64,000 nt of DNA from Thermoproteota archaeon (GTDB lineage: Archaea; Thermoproteota; Thermoprotei; Gearchaeales; Gearchaeaceae): positions 32,001-96,000 of the forward strand of contig JAVVGF010000002.1 of assembly GCA_032249235.1 (NCBI GenBank), in the 5' to 3' direction. Shown piece by piece: positions 10,594 through 19,812 of this stretch (the stretch's first letter is position 1; every line of letters begins with the position of its first letter). Both the position numbers and the translations under genes were made by a program. Under the pieces are notes generated by a model. The model did not search any database. It saw only the letters and a program-made list of their open reading frames with translations, and was not told the origin of the DNA.

Positions 10594-11875
10594 AAAATTT
10601 GACGTTGTAATTGTAGGCGCAGGTCCTGCAGGTATTTCTGCAGCAATAACTACTGCAAGAGCAAAACTAAATACTGTCGTAATAGAGAGAGGAGGCATTC
10701 CTGGAGAAAAGAACATGTTCGGAGGTGTGATTTTTAGACATGCCTTTGAAAAATTAATACCTGATTTCGTTAAAACAGCACCTTTAGAAAGAAAAGTAAT
10801 AGAATATCAGTATTGGATACTTACAGATACTGGGCATATAAAAATAGTGTATAGAGATGAAAGATTAGCTAAAAATCCTAGTGGTTACACAGCATTGAGA
10901 GCTAAATTCGATCCATGGTATGCCAAAAAAGCTGAAGAAGCAGGGGCAATGATAATAACTAGAACGCAAGCATTAAAGCCAATAGTGAAAGAAGGAAAAG
11001 TTATAGGGGTAGAAACAGATCGCGGCGAAGTTTATGGCAATATAGTAATCGCAGCAGACGGAGCAAACTCATTATTAGCTAAAGAACTAGGTTTACATGA
11101 AGAATGGAAACCATACGAAATGGTCTTAGGAGTTAAGGAAGTTATAGAAGTAGGTAGAGTAAAAATTGAAGAGACATTCAAACTGGGAATGGATGAGGGT
11201 ATTGCAGTAACCATAATTGGAGGACCTTTAAAGGGTATGACAGGAGGAGGATTCTTATATACCAATAGAGAAACTTTATCTGTAGGAGTTGGAGCATTAT
11301 TGAGCGATATAGTAAGAACGAAGAAAAGACCTAATGATTTGTTAGAGGAATTTAAGAGACATCCTTCTATTTATCCTTTCATAAAAGACAGCACATTGAA
11401 AGAATATGCTGCTCATTTAATACCTGAAGGAGGTTATCATTCAATTCCTAAACTATATACAAACGGATTCATGGTAGCTGGCGATGCGGCTATGCTTGTT
11501 AATGTCGTAGGATGGGAAGGAACAAACTTCGCAGTTGAATCAGGTATACATGCAGGTGAAACCGCAATCGAAGCCCATAAGCTTAAAGACTTCAGTATAA
11601 ATGTGTTAAGAAACTATGAAATGAAATTAAGAAACTGCTTTGTTTTGAGAGATTTGAGAAAGTTTAGAAGAGTACCATTATTATTAAGGAGTAACAAAGC
11701 CCTATTCAGTGTTTATCCTGATATTCTCAATGACTTACTTCATATTTGGCACACAGTAGATGGTATTCCTAAAGAAATCAAATTAAAACAAATGAGAAAC
11801 ACAGTTTTACAAAGAAGAAATATACTTCAATTGTTAAAGGATGTTATTGACATAACAAGAGCTTTATTTCTCTGA
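10586..11875 (+). CDS. fixC: FixC/EtfC flavoprotein, ETF:quinone oxidoreductase flavin subunit
   Basis: [33 protein letters not shown]; lies between etf and fixX. Confidence 0.9.
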   Translation: MPEKFDVVIVGAGPAGISAAITTARAKLNTVVIERGGIPGEKNMFGGVIFRHAFEKLIPDFVKTAPLERKVIEYQYWILTDTGHIKIVYRDERLAKNPSGYTALRAKFDPWYAKKAEEAGAMIITRTQALKPIVKEGKVIGVETDRGEVYGNIVIAADGANSLLAKELGLHEEWKPYEMVLGVKEVIEVGRVKIEETFKLGMDEGIAVTIIGGPLKGMTGGGFLYTNRETLSVGVGALLSDIVRTKKRPNDLLEEFKRHPSIYPFIKDSTLKEYAAHLIPEGGYHSIPKLYTNGFMVAGDAAMLVNVVGWEGTNFAVESGIHAGETAIEAHKLKDFSINVLRNYEMKLRNCFVLRDLRKFRRVPLLLRSNKALFSVYPDILNDLLHIWHTVDGIPKEIKLKQMRNTVLQRRNILQLLKDVIDITRALFL

Positions 11876-11908
11876 AAAGCTTAACATTAAATACTCCATA
11901 TTATAAAT

Positions 11909-12208
11909 TTGTTTGTGCAACAAGCAAAACCTAGCATGAAAGTAGAGGCTAAATTATTCCTTGCTAGATACAAAAGGGATGACGTCTCACATTTAGTAAT
12001 ATTGGATAATCAGAAATGCTTAAAATGTAAGGATAAACCCTGCATTATTGTTTGTCCTGCAGATGTATATCATTGGGAAGAAGATAGGTTAATAGTTTCA
12101 TACGACAATTGTGTTGAATGTGGTTCTTGCAGAATTGTATGTCCATATTCAAATATTTCATTCAGATATCCTAGATGGGGTAAAGGCATAGGATATAGAT
12201 ACGGATAG
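11909..12208 (+). CDS. fixX: FixX ferredoxin-like protein
   Basis: C..C..KPC...CPA and CVECGSCRIVCP; YPRWGKG.YRYG tail. The true start may be slightly downstream. Confidence 0.92.
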   Translation: MFVQQAKPSMKVEAKLFLARYKRDDVSHLVILDNQKCLKCKDKPCIIVCPADVYHWEEDRLIVSYDNCVECGSCRIVCPYSNISFRYPRWGKGIGYRYG

Positions 12209-12238
12209 GCTTATCTATATCGTAATGATTCATTATTT

Positions 12239-13171
12239 ATGAAAATATCAATTATAGGTTCTGGAAGATTAGGTAGCACAACAGCTTTTGAATTAATAAA
12301 TAGAGAATTAGCTAGCGAGATAGTATTAGTAGATATCATACCCAATCTTCCCCAAGGAGAAGCGATGGATTTAAATCAAATGAGTGCAGAAAAAGGTAAA
12401 AATACAATTGTATATGGCTCGAATGATTATAAAGATATCAAAGACTCATCGATTGTAATAATCACCGCAGGTGTTGCGAGGAAGCCTGGAATGACAAGAA
12501 TGGATTTATTGAAAACGAATGCACCTATAGTTAGAGATGTTACGAAAGAAATAGTAAAGTATGCAAAAGATTCCATAGTAATAGTGGTTACAAATCCTAT
12601 GGATGTAATGACTTATGTTGCACTCAAAACTAGCAACTTCGAAAGAAATAGAGTTATGGGTATGGGGGGCCAATTGGATTCAGCTAGATATAGAGAAATA
12701 CTCAGCCAAATGCTTAATGTTTCAAGATCTGTGGTAAAAGCATTAGTTATAGGAGAGCATGGCGAAACCATGTTTCCAATCCCTAGATTCTCATTCGTAG
12801 GTTACAAAAGAGTCTCGGAAATACTAGATTCAGAGAAAATAAAAGAAGCTGAAGAAAAGACGAGAAAAATAGCTGCAGAAGTGATCGCTCTAAAAGGAGC
12901 AACAGTATTTGCACCAATAAGTTGTATTGCTACATTGGTAGAGAATATAGTTAAAGACAAAAGAGAAATATTGCCTGTTTCTGCATATTTGCAAGGAGAA
13001 TATGGAGTGAAAGATGTATGTATAGGAGTACCAGCAATAATAGGAAGAAACGGAATTGAAAGAATTATTGAATTGGATCTAAATGAAGAAGAAAAATCAA
13101 GATTTAATACAAGCGTTAATACAATAAGGAAAGCAATCGATGAAATATTATCACTGAAGATTATCGAATAA
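12239..13171 (+). CDS. mdh: malate dehydrogenase (LDH-like)
   Basis: GSGRLG, TAGVARKPGMTRMDL, NPMD, LDSAR, GEHG. Confidence 0.93.
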   Translation: MKISIIGSGRLGSTTAFELINRELASEIVLVDIIPNLPQGEAMDLNQMSAEKGKNTIVYGSNDYKDIKDSSIVIITAGVARKPGMTRMDLLKTNAPIVRDVTKEIVKYAKDSIVIVVTNPMDVMTYVALKTSNFERNRVMGMGGQLDSARYREILSQMLNVSRSVVKALVIGEHGETMFPIPRFSFVGYKRVSEILDSEKIKEAEEKTRKIAAEVIALKGATVFAPISCIATLVENIVKDKREILPVSAYLQGEYGVKDVCIGVPAIIGRNGIERIIELDLNEEEKSRFNTSVNTIRKAIDEILSLKIIE

Positions 13172-13203
13172 AGAATAAATTTTTCGTAATTATTTTTTTA
13201 ATC

Positions 13204-13869
13204 ATGCCTTTCGAATATAAAGGAATTAACATATCTTGGCTAGGACATGATAGTTTTAGGATAAAATTCCAAGGTAAAGTAATATATATAGATCCATACA
13301 ATTTAAAAAAGAGCTATGAGCCAGCTGATGTCATATGTGTTTCGCATAACCACTTCGATCACTTAAGCTACAATGACTTAAAAAAATTAGTTGTTGATAA
13401 GACAGTCTTAATAGGAGCACAGGAATGTAAGGATGAATTTGATAAGTTTAAGAAGAATAAAAAAATCTACTTGTTGCCTGGTCAGGAGATAGAAGTAGAA
13501 GGTATAAAAATAAAAGCAGTCCCTGCATACAACATTAATAAATTTAGAAGCCCTGGAGTGGTATTTCATCCTAAAAATGATAATAAAATAGGATTTGTTC
13601 TAAACTTAGGTGGTGTAACTATTTACCATGCAGGTGATACTGATAATATACCAGAAGTCAAAGGTCTCAAACCTGATATTGCCCTATTACCTGTTAGTGG
13701 AACATATGTTATGACCAAAGAAGAAGCAGTCCAAGCTGTTAAAGATATCATGCCTAAAATCGCTATTCCAATGCATTATGGAACAATTGTAGGAACAGAA
13801 CAAGATGCTGTTTATTTCAAAAATAATGCACCTAAAGAAGTAGAAGTTCACATCCTTCAACCCGAATAA
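13204..13869 (+). CDS. metallo-beta-lactamase fold hydrolase (UPF0173-like)
   Basis: WLGH, SHNHFDH, YHAGDT, PMHYG. Confidence 0.88.
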   Translation: MPFEYKGINISWLGHDSFRIKFQGKVIYIDPYNLKKSYEPADVICVSHNHFDHLSYNDLKKLVVDKTVLIGAQECKDEFDKFKKNKKIYLLPGQEIEVEGIKIKAVPAYNINKFRSPGVVFHPKNDNKIGFVLNLGGVTIYHAGDTDNIPEVKGLKPDIALLPVSGTYVMTKEEAVQAVKDIMPKIAIPMHYGTIVGTEQDAVYFKNNAPKEVEVHILQPE

Positions 13870-14828
13870 GAAAATATTTTTTCTATATGTTCATTAGATA
13901 AATTTCTACCCGTCAATATTGCAACTACATTACTTCCTTTTTCTAATTTATGATTCAATAAATAGGATATTGCTGCACCTGCGCTCGGCTCGACTAATAT
14001 TCTTTCTTTTTCGAATAGTAATTTAGTAGCCTTGATTATTTCTTCATCACTCACCAGAGCTACTTCATCGATTTTATCTTTAACAATCTTGAATACTAAA
14101 TCTCCTATTCTTCTCACAGCCAAACCTTCAGCTACAGTATTAGTTCCTTTTGTTGTGATTATTTCTCCAGCTTTCAATGCGCTGTATAATGATGGATTTC
14201 CTTCAGGTTGAATACCAATAATCTTAGTTTTTTTACTCATTTCTTTAATTACGAAAGAAATACCAGCAATTAAGCCACCACCTCCTACAGGTATGAGAAG
14301 ATAATCTATATTCTTTAGTTGCTCTATCAATTCTAACCCAATTGTTGCCTGTCCTTCAATTATTCTTAAGTCATCAAAAGCATGAATGAAAAGCCCATTC
14401 CTTTCTTTTGCATACTCTTTCGCGAAAATTGCAGCTTGATCAGAATATTCTCCTTTATAAATGATTTCTCCGCCATAAGATTGTATTAAAGACAACTTAT
14501 ATGGTGTTGCTACTTTAGGTGCAAAAATGACAGCTTTTTTATTTAATTTCTTCGCTAAATAAGCCACTGCAATCCCATGATTTCCACTTGATGCTGTCAC
14601 TAAAAGATCTCCTTCAAAACCGTTTTCGATTTCATATAATGCTTTGTTTGAAGCACCCCTTATCTTAAAAGATCCTACTTCTTGGATGAATTCACATTTT
14701 AAATACAGGTTTATGTCAAACAATTGAGAAAGAATATTACTTTTAATTAAAGGCGTCTCGATAGCGAGTTTAGATATTCTTTTTTTCGCTTTAAAGATAT
14801 CCTCAAGCTTTAAAATAGATTCATTCAT
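13857..14828 (-). CDS. threonine/serine dehydratase (PLP-dependent, no regulatory domain)
   Basis: GSFKIRGA PLP lysine, SSGNHG, PVGGGGL, VEPS. Confidence 0.88.
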   Translation of the reverse strand: MNESILKLEDIFKAKKRISKLAIETPLIKSNILSQLFDINLYLKCEFIQEVGSFKIRGASNKALYEIENGFEGDLLVTASSGNHGIAVAYLAKKLNKKAVIFAPKVATPYKLSLIQSYGGEIIYKGEYSDQAAIFAKEYAKERNGLFIHAFDDLRIIEGQATIGLELIEQLKNIDYLLIPVGGGGLIAGISFVIKEMSKKTKIIGIQPEGNPSLYSALKAGEIITTKGTNTVAEGLAVRRIGDLVFKIVKDKIDEVALVSDEEIIKATKLLFEKERILVEPSAGAAISYLLNHKLEKGSNVVAILTGRNLSNEHIEKIFSYSG

Positions 14829-14844
14829 TAAGAATAATTAGGAT

Positions 14845-15135
14845 ATGCACATAGAAAAACGCTCAGATATAAGTGCGAGAAAAGTTAAGCTACCAGAAGA
14901 AGAAATACTTCCAGTAATAGAGAGATATTTAAAGAGAATAGAAATGATGCACGAAAAAGGAAGTTTTAGGAAATTAATCGTTCCTTTAGGAAAGCAAAAC
15001 ATTGAAATTCTGAGCAAATTAGCTAAGGAGAAGCTTGGAATCGAGATAGAATATATACCCGTCAATAGCGCTGAAAATCTTTACGCTATTTCCCCTAAGA
15101 AACAGATCGAATCAAAGAGGAAATTTCTTCTTTAA
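14845..15135 (+). CDS. hypothetical protein
   Basis: 96-aa ORF with host-like codon usage filling the gap between two genes; no recognised motif. Confidence 0.5.
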   Translation: MHIEKRSDISARKVKLPEEEILPVIERYLKRIEMMHEKGSFRKLIVPLGKQNIEILSKLAKEKLGIEIEYIPVNSAENLYAISPKKQIESKRKFLL

Positions 15136-15631
15136 TCTTCAATATTAAAGTTCTGAGATTTTCATAACTTTCCTTGTATTTCCTCAATTCTTCTACTTCT
15201 TTTTTATAATTTTCTAAACGGTCTCTCATTGTATTAATTTCAGCTTCATAGTTTTTCCTTTGTTCTTCTATAATTTTATCTAATTTTTGAAGTTGTTCAC
15301 CAAGTCTTCTTATTTCCTCTTCATATTTCTTCTTAATTTGCTCTTCAGAAACATATCTTATGATTTTAAGATCGCTAAAGATTAGTTTATTATTATTTTT
15401 ATCATATTGGACTTTTACAGTTAATCTTATAGGATCTGCCTTATCAATCTTGAGCTCTTCTACTATTTTACCATAAAGGGATTTATTAAAATCCGCGACA
15501 TCTCGAATTATTACTTCTGAAGGTGCTATCTTTTTCAATATCGCTAATGCTGTCCTTCTAACCTTATCTGCAAATATAGCTGCAGGAATAACACCTGTGT
15601 TTATTTCATATACCTCACTTATCTCGCTCAC
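15095..15631 (-). CDS. DUF2258 / ThermoDBP-related protein (ThermoDBP-RP1-like nucleic-acid-binding protein)
   Basis: NTG.....ADKVRR.....A.FN..LY..I..ELKIDK.D.IR pattern followed by a C-terminal coiled coil. Confidence 0.75.
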   Translation of the reverse strand: MSEISEVYEINTGVIPAAIFADKVRRTALAILKKIAPSEVIIRDVADFNKSLYGKIVEELKIDKADPIRLTVKVQYDKNNNKLIFSDLKIIRYVSEEQIKKKYEEEIRRLGEQLQKLDKIIEEQRKNYEAEINTMRDRLENYKKEVEELRKYKESYENLRTLILKIKEEISSLIRSVS

Positions 15632-15645
15632 AATATATTATAAAA

Positions 15646-16476
15646 TTAAATTTTTAATAATTTTCTTGCATTTTGAAAAAATATTTTTTTAATTGTTTCC
15701 TCCTTTAAATTTATCTGTTTAAGTTCTTCAATTATCCTACTAGGATTTAACATTGGATAGTCACTACCGAATAATACTTTATCTTGAATTAGAGAGTCAG
15801 CATATTTAAAAACAATACTAGGTATATATTTCGGAGACCATCCGCTTATATCTATGTAAACATTTGCTTTATGATAAGCAACAGCTAGCGCTTCCTCATA
15901 CCAAGGCCATCCAAAATGGGCCATGATGAAATCAACGTTATCGAACTTTGAAGCAACGTTATCAATATATATAGGTCTTCCTAAATCTAGCATTATTCCT
16001 CCGCCTCCTCTATTTCCAGCTCCTATTCCTGTTATTCCAGTATGAATCACTATTGGCAATTCTTTTCTTGAAGCATATTCATATATTTTATTCAAAATTT
16101 CATCATCAGGTTTTATTCCTAACAACTGAGGATGAATCTTTATTCCTTTTAAGCCTAAAACTTCAATAGCATACTTTAAATCTTCAATCGGATTTTGCAA
16201 GCTAAAACCTGCGAAACCTATAAATAAGTCTTCGTCAGCCTTCATTATTTCCTTTATATGCTCGTTCGGAATTGAACCATAGCCTGGAAGTGTTGAAAAT
16301 AAAGGCAACAATACTGCTTTCGTTATTCCTTGCTTCTTCAAATCTTCTATAAATTCATTGATTGCTAGAATTTTTGATTTAGACCTGAAATAATTTACTG
16401 TTGTTTCATAATACTTACCTAAGGCATTTACAAATTCTTTAGTGGGAGGATGAACGTGGAAATCTATTATTTCCAT
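15646..16476 (-). CDS. amidohydrolase family 2 protein
   Basis: IDFHVH, GIKIHP, IHTG, MAHFGWPW, LFGSDYP. Confidence 0.88.
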   Translation of the reverse strand: MEIIDFHVHPPTKEFVNALGKYYETTVNYFRSKSKILAINEFIEDLKKQGITKAVLLPLFSTLPGYGSIPNEHIKEIMKADEDLFIGFAGFSLQNPIEDLKYAIEVLGLKGIKIHPQLLGIKPDDEILNKIYEYASRKELPIVIHTGITGIGAGNRGGGGIMLDLGRPIYIDNVASKFDNVDFIMAHFGWPWYEEALAVAYHKANVYIDISGWSPKYIPSIVFKYADSLIQDKVLFGSDYPMLNPSRIIEELKQINLKEETIKKIFFQNARKLLKI

Positions 16477-17069
16477 TAGATAAATTCAATATTTTCTGAT
16501 TTAGTCAATATACCTTTGTATAAGAAATCGATTTGCCTCAAAGCTAAATAATAATCGAAATCATTTAAAGCAGATATCGCATCGATAGGAACTATTACTT
16601 TATACCATCTCAAAGCTGCGCTACCTGCGGTGTGCAAAACACAGATATTCGCTACCGTTCCAGTTATAACAGTATTCTTTATGTTATGTATTCTTAGTAC
16701 ATGATCTAAAGATGTTCCATAAAAAGCATCATATCTTAACTTCTTAATTAGAATGTCTCCTTCTTTAGGTTTTAATTCATCCAATATTTCTGCACCCCAA
16801 GTATTTTGAACAGCATGTTCTCCCCAAATAGCGAATTCTGGATCATTTTTCATATGCCAATCTTGAGTATAAACTATTAAGACATTCTTCATCCTTGCTT
16901 TTTCTATTAGTTTTTTTATTACTGGGATTGTATTCAATGAGCTAGGTACAAATAGCTTACCTTTAGGATGTGAAAAGTCGTTTTGCATATCAACGATGAT
17001 CAAAGCAGTAGACTTGCTTTCTAAATCTACTTTCTCAGCTATTTTATAAGCAGGAACCTCTAAATTCAT
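16476..17069 (-). CDS. isochorismatase/nicotinamidase family cysteine hydrolase
   Basis: IVDMQNDF, K.RYDAF.GT, GTVANICV triad. Confidence 0.9.
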   Translation of the reverse strand: MNLEVPAYKIAEKVDLESKSTALIIVDMQNDFSHPKGKLFVPSSLNTIPVIKKLIEKARMKNVLIVYTQDWHMKNDPEFAIWGEHAVQNTWGAEILDELKPKEGDILIKKLRYDAFYGTSLDHVLRIHNIKNTVITGTVANICVLHTAGSAALRWYKVIVPIDAISALNDFDYYLALRQIDFLYKGILTKSENIEFI

Positions 17070-17105
17070 GATTAACTATTAAATAAAGAATGATAAAAAA
17101 TTAAT

Positions 17106-18563
17106 TTAACAGTAAGTAGGATTGATGTTGCCTAGTTTACAATAATTTGAAAATGGTTCGACAGAAAATATTGTTGTTGGAACAGTGTAATTAGATCCTT
17201 GATACTGATATTGAACACCCGTTTCATCATACCTAATAACCATACTTTGAGGTGAAGATGAGCTTACATGAAGGTAGAAAATTGAATCCACATAAGATAG
17301 ATTTGATGTTTGCCAGATAAGATCTATGTTAGGTAATATGGGAGCTAAAGCGGAAGCCACTTCAGGAGCTACAGCAGCAATTAAGAGGGCGACAGGTATG
17401 CTGATTGTTAATGATGGTAACTCGCTTTGTTCAATTTGTGTCCCGTGAATATATATTAGTTGTCCTGGACTCAACGTTCCATAATATTTCGAATAAGCAT
17501 CATTAAAAGGTATGAAATTACCTGATGTAGCGTAAAGATTAGGAGCTTTTGAATTTCCAGATTGCAATACTTCTAAGCCTGTTTGGAAAAGTTGATATGA
17601 ATATCCAAAAGGGACTGCTCCCCACCAAGGCACCATAAGAAATTCAGTATAATTTGCAAGAGCTAATTGACCTTTTTCGTAAATCATGACTTTTGAAGGA
17701 TAATTACTAAGTGCAGTACCAAAACCTATATACGAATTTACGGAAACTGAACTGCTAGATATTGTCATTGACGGTCCTGGAATTGAGTAGGATGTGCTCC
17801 CGGATTCATCTTCAAAGGCTTCTGAAATATCTATTTGAAAAGTTGTTTGAGAAGACGAAATGATATAAACATTAATAGATCCATCAATGTAATTCTGATA
17901 ACCTTGACTATATACCGAACTTGCATCTGCTTCCATTAAAGGTATGATCCCAAATGAATTGCTAGAAGGATAATATGTAACTGAATTCAAATTGTAACAG
18001 GTATATACATATTTATATGTATCTTTACAGTAGTAGTTTGGTACGCTAGAGCTAGTAGTTGTTGTTATCGTTTGATCTGAACTCTTGAATTCTTTTTGAA
18101 TTCTTGTTAAATTAAAGACTTTAGGTTGATTGAAAACAATTGCTTTTGAAATGCTATATCCATTCAATATTTTAATAGGATCATATTCAACAGTGAAACT
18201 TTGGCTATATATAATCGTTGAGCCACTAACATTTTTTGAATAGCTTGCAAATCCAATCAAAGAAGGATGGATTAAGCTACCATATTCATTAGCCCATGCT
18301 TTAGCTGCTTCTTTAATCGAAGAAGCTGGAATTGATAAAAATTGGTTTAAAATTCCATGATAAATTTCCTTAAAAATTGTTCCATTTTCTGAAGGATAAA
18401 AAATATAAAGTTGAACAAAAACGTTTTTAATTAAATTAGCATTTTTATCAAAAAAAGCAAGTGTTATAGATTGATTATTTATGTTCACAGAATACATCCA
18501 TAACATAGGTGTTATTATTGAAACGAGCAAAATTGCTAGTAATTTTTTCTGCATAAGAAACAT
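17106..18563 (-). CDS. secreted/surface hypothetical protein (S/T/N/Y-rich)
   Basis: N-terminal signal peptide, TTTTSSS linker, several NxS/T sequons, internal hydrophobic segment. Confidence 0.7.
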   Translation of the reverse strand: MFLMQKKLLAILLVSIITPMLWMYSVNINNQSITLAFFDKNANLIKNVFVQLYIFYPSENGTIFKEIYHGILNQFLSIPASSIKEAAKAWANEYGSLIHPSLIGFASYSKNVSGSTIIYSQSFTVEYDPIKILNGYSISKAIVFNQPKVFNLTRIQKEFKSSDQTITTTTSSSVPNYYCKDTYKYVYTCYNLNSVTYYPSSNSFGIIPLMEADASSVYSQGYQNYIDGSINVYIISSSQTTFQIDISEAFEDESGSTSYSIPGPSMTISSSSVSVNSYIGFGTALSNYPSKVMIYEKGQLALANYTEFLMVPWWGAVPFGYSYQLFQTGLEVLQSGNSKAPNLYATSGNFIPFNDAYSKYYGTLSPGQLIYIHGTQIEQSELPSLTISIPVALLIAAVAPEVASALAPILPNIDLIWQTSNLSYVDSIFYLHVSSSSPQSMVIRYDETGVQYQYQGSNYTVPTTIFSVEPFSNYCKLGNINPTYC

Positions 18564-18609
18564 ATGATATACAAGTATATAAATTTTTCTCGCATGCTAC
18601 AAACAGTAG

Positions 18610-19020
18610 AATTATGGTTTTAAAAAGGCTTCTTTTCACCTAAAATCATTAATAAGAAAGTTTAGAAAAACCTATTGAGCACACAATTACAGAGATTAAA
18701 GACTGCCTTTAAGGACGGTATGAATAGCCTTAAATATTTATTATAAAAATTTTAGGAATTTCAGCGACGCTCCTCCTAGGCTCTAGAGAGCTTGATGGGA
18801 ATTAAGAAGAAGCGATCAGCGTTGCTCTTTAGTGAAGGATTCTTAATAGAATCAAGATTTTGGCTTGGCAATTTTCTTGTTAAAGGTTACTTTTAGGACT
18901 CGATGATATGCGGAAGCTCTGAGCTATAATTCCAGCAAATGGGATATGTAGCCACGAATCGATGCTTTGAATCAATGAATCTCTCTAAAAGGCGACCTCG
19001 CTTTTCTATGAAGGGGTCAG
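18610..19020 (+). mobile_element. degenerate, internally deleted IS200/IS605 (tnpB) remnant
   Basis: Non-coding stretch richer in GC than its flanks. The 3' part (CAAATG..ATGTA...CGAATCGATGC...GAA...TGAA...ACCTCGC...GGGGTCAG) resembles the tnpB 3' end/right end of Sulfolobales-type IS605 elements as recalled. It contains a hairpin GACCTC...GGGGTC and ends in TCAG at 19020. The left boundary is approximate. Confidence 0.5.
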
Positions 19021-19088
19021 AATAGATACCGAGGTAATACGATTTTGCGATAAAGTCACAATCAAAACTTACTTTTTAAAAGTTTGTC

Positions 19089-19346
19089 ATGCCTCTTATG
19101 AAAATTTACCAAGTAGAAGCTGGGATGATAAATGTATCGATAATAGCTACGGTAAAAGATCAGGAAACTGTTCAAAATGGAAAATATAAAACGATATTAG
19201 AAGATGGTACTGGCAAAATCACAATGCTGCTAAACGAGAAATTGACGATAGGAACTGTTCTGAAAGTCGAGAAAGCATATGCCTATAAGTATAGAGGACA
19301 ACTCTGTATTACGCTCATGAAAAAAGGAAAGATTAGAAAGTACTAA
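19089..19346 (+). CDS. minimal single OB-fold protein, crenarchaeal SSB-like
   Basis: NVSIIATV, LEDGTGKI, GTVLKVEKAY..YRGQL align with Sulfolobus SSB (VNVTVRV, GDETGRV, GQVVKIENAW..FKGQV); no acidic tail. Confidence 0.7.
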   Translation: MPLMKIYQVEAGMINVSIIATVKDQETVQNGKYKTILEDGTGKITMLLNEKLTIGTVLKVEKAYAYKYRGQLCITLMKKGKIRKY

Positions 19347-19383
19347 TGATATTGTAATTGATTAAAAAGATTCTTTAACTTTC

Positions 19384-19405
19384 TTTTTGCATGATCGTGC
19401 AAAAA
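19384..19405. promoter_or_regulatory. imperfect 22-bp palindrome (possible operator or terminator hairpin)
   Basis: TTTTTGCA-TGATCG-TGCAAAAA in the intergenic region between the SSB-like gene and the Zn-ribbon/rgy genes. Confidence 0.35.
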
Positions 19406-19528
19406 AAGGTTAGATACGCTAATTAGATGCTTTCAATCATGCATGCCTATAATTAATTAATCCATTGCAAAGGCTTTTTTTGAATAGAATGATCAAAAAT
19501 TGCTTTTAAATAAGGTGAGAGTTTCCCT

Positions 19529-19774
19529 ATGCCTTGCATAATAAAATGCTCAACATGTGGTTTCAAGTTTTTCAACGATAAAGAGGATATAACTTCACCT
19601 GCAGATATATTGAGAAGATATTCATTCAAATGCCCAAGTTGTCTGAGTAAACTAACGTTTGATTACAGGAAAATTAGCATATCCATAGCTACAGATATCC
19701 ACGCATATAGAAGACCTGGCATTTCAATGAGAACGCTAAGAATTAAGAGTATTCGAGAAAGGATTCTTGAATAA
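19529..19774 (+). CDS. small Zn-ribbon protein
   Basis: CSTC...SP.DILRRY..KCPSC; basic tail. Confidence 0.75.
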   Translation: MPCIIKCSTCGFKFFNDKEDITSPADILRRYSFKCPSCLSKLTFDYRKISISIATDIHAYRRPGISMRTLRIKSIRERILE

Positions 19775-19812
19775 ATAAACTTTTAATAACCTTTGTATTT
19801 TAAACATTCTTA

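Noticed and set aside
18700-19050. RNase P or SRP RNA in the long intergenic region
   Set aside because: No GAGGAAAGUCC-type P4 or SRP helix-8 motif on either strand, and GC is too low for a structural RNA of a hyperthermophile. An IS remnant fits better.
19381-19408. Xer dif site
   Set aside because: The spacing is compatible, but the arms do not resemble archaeal dif consensus as recalled.
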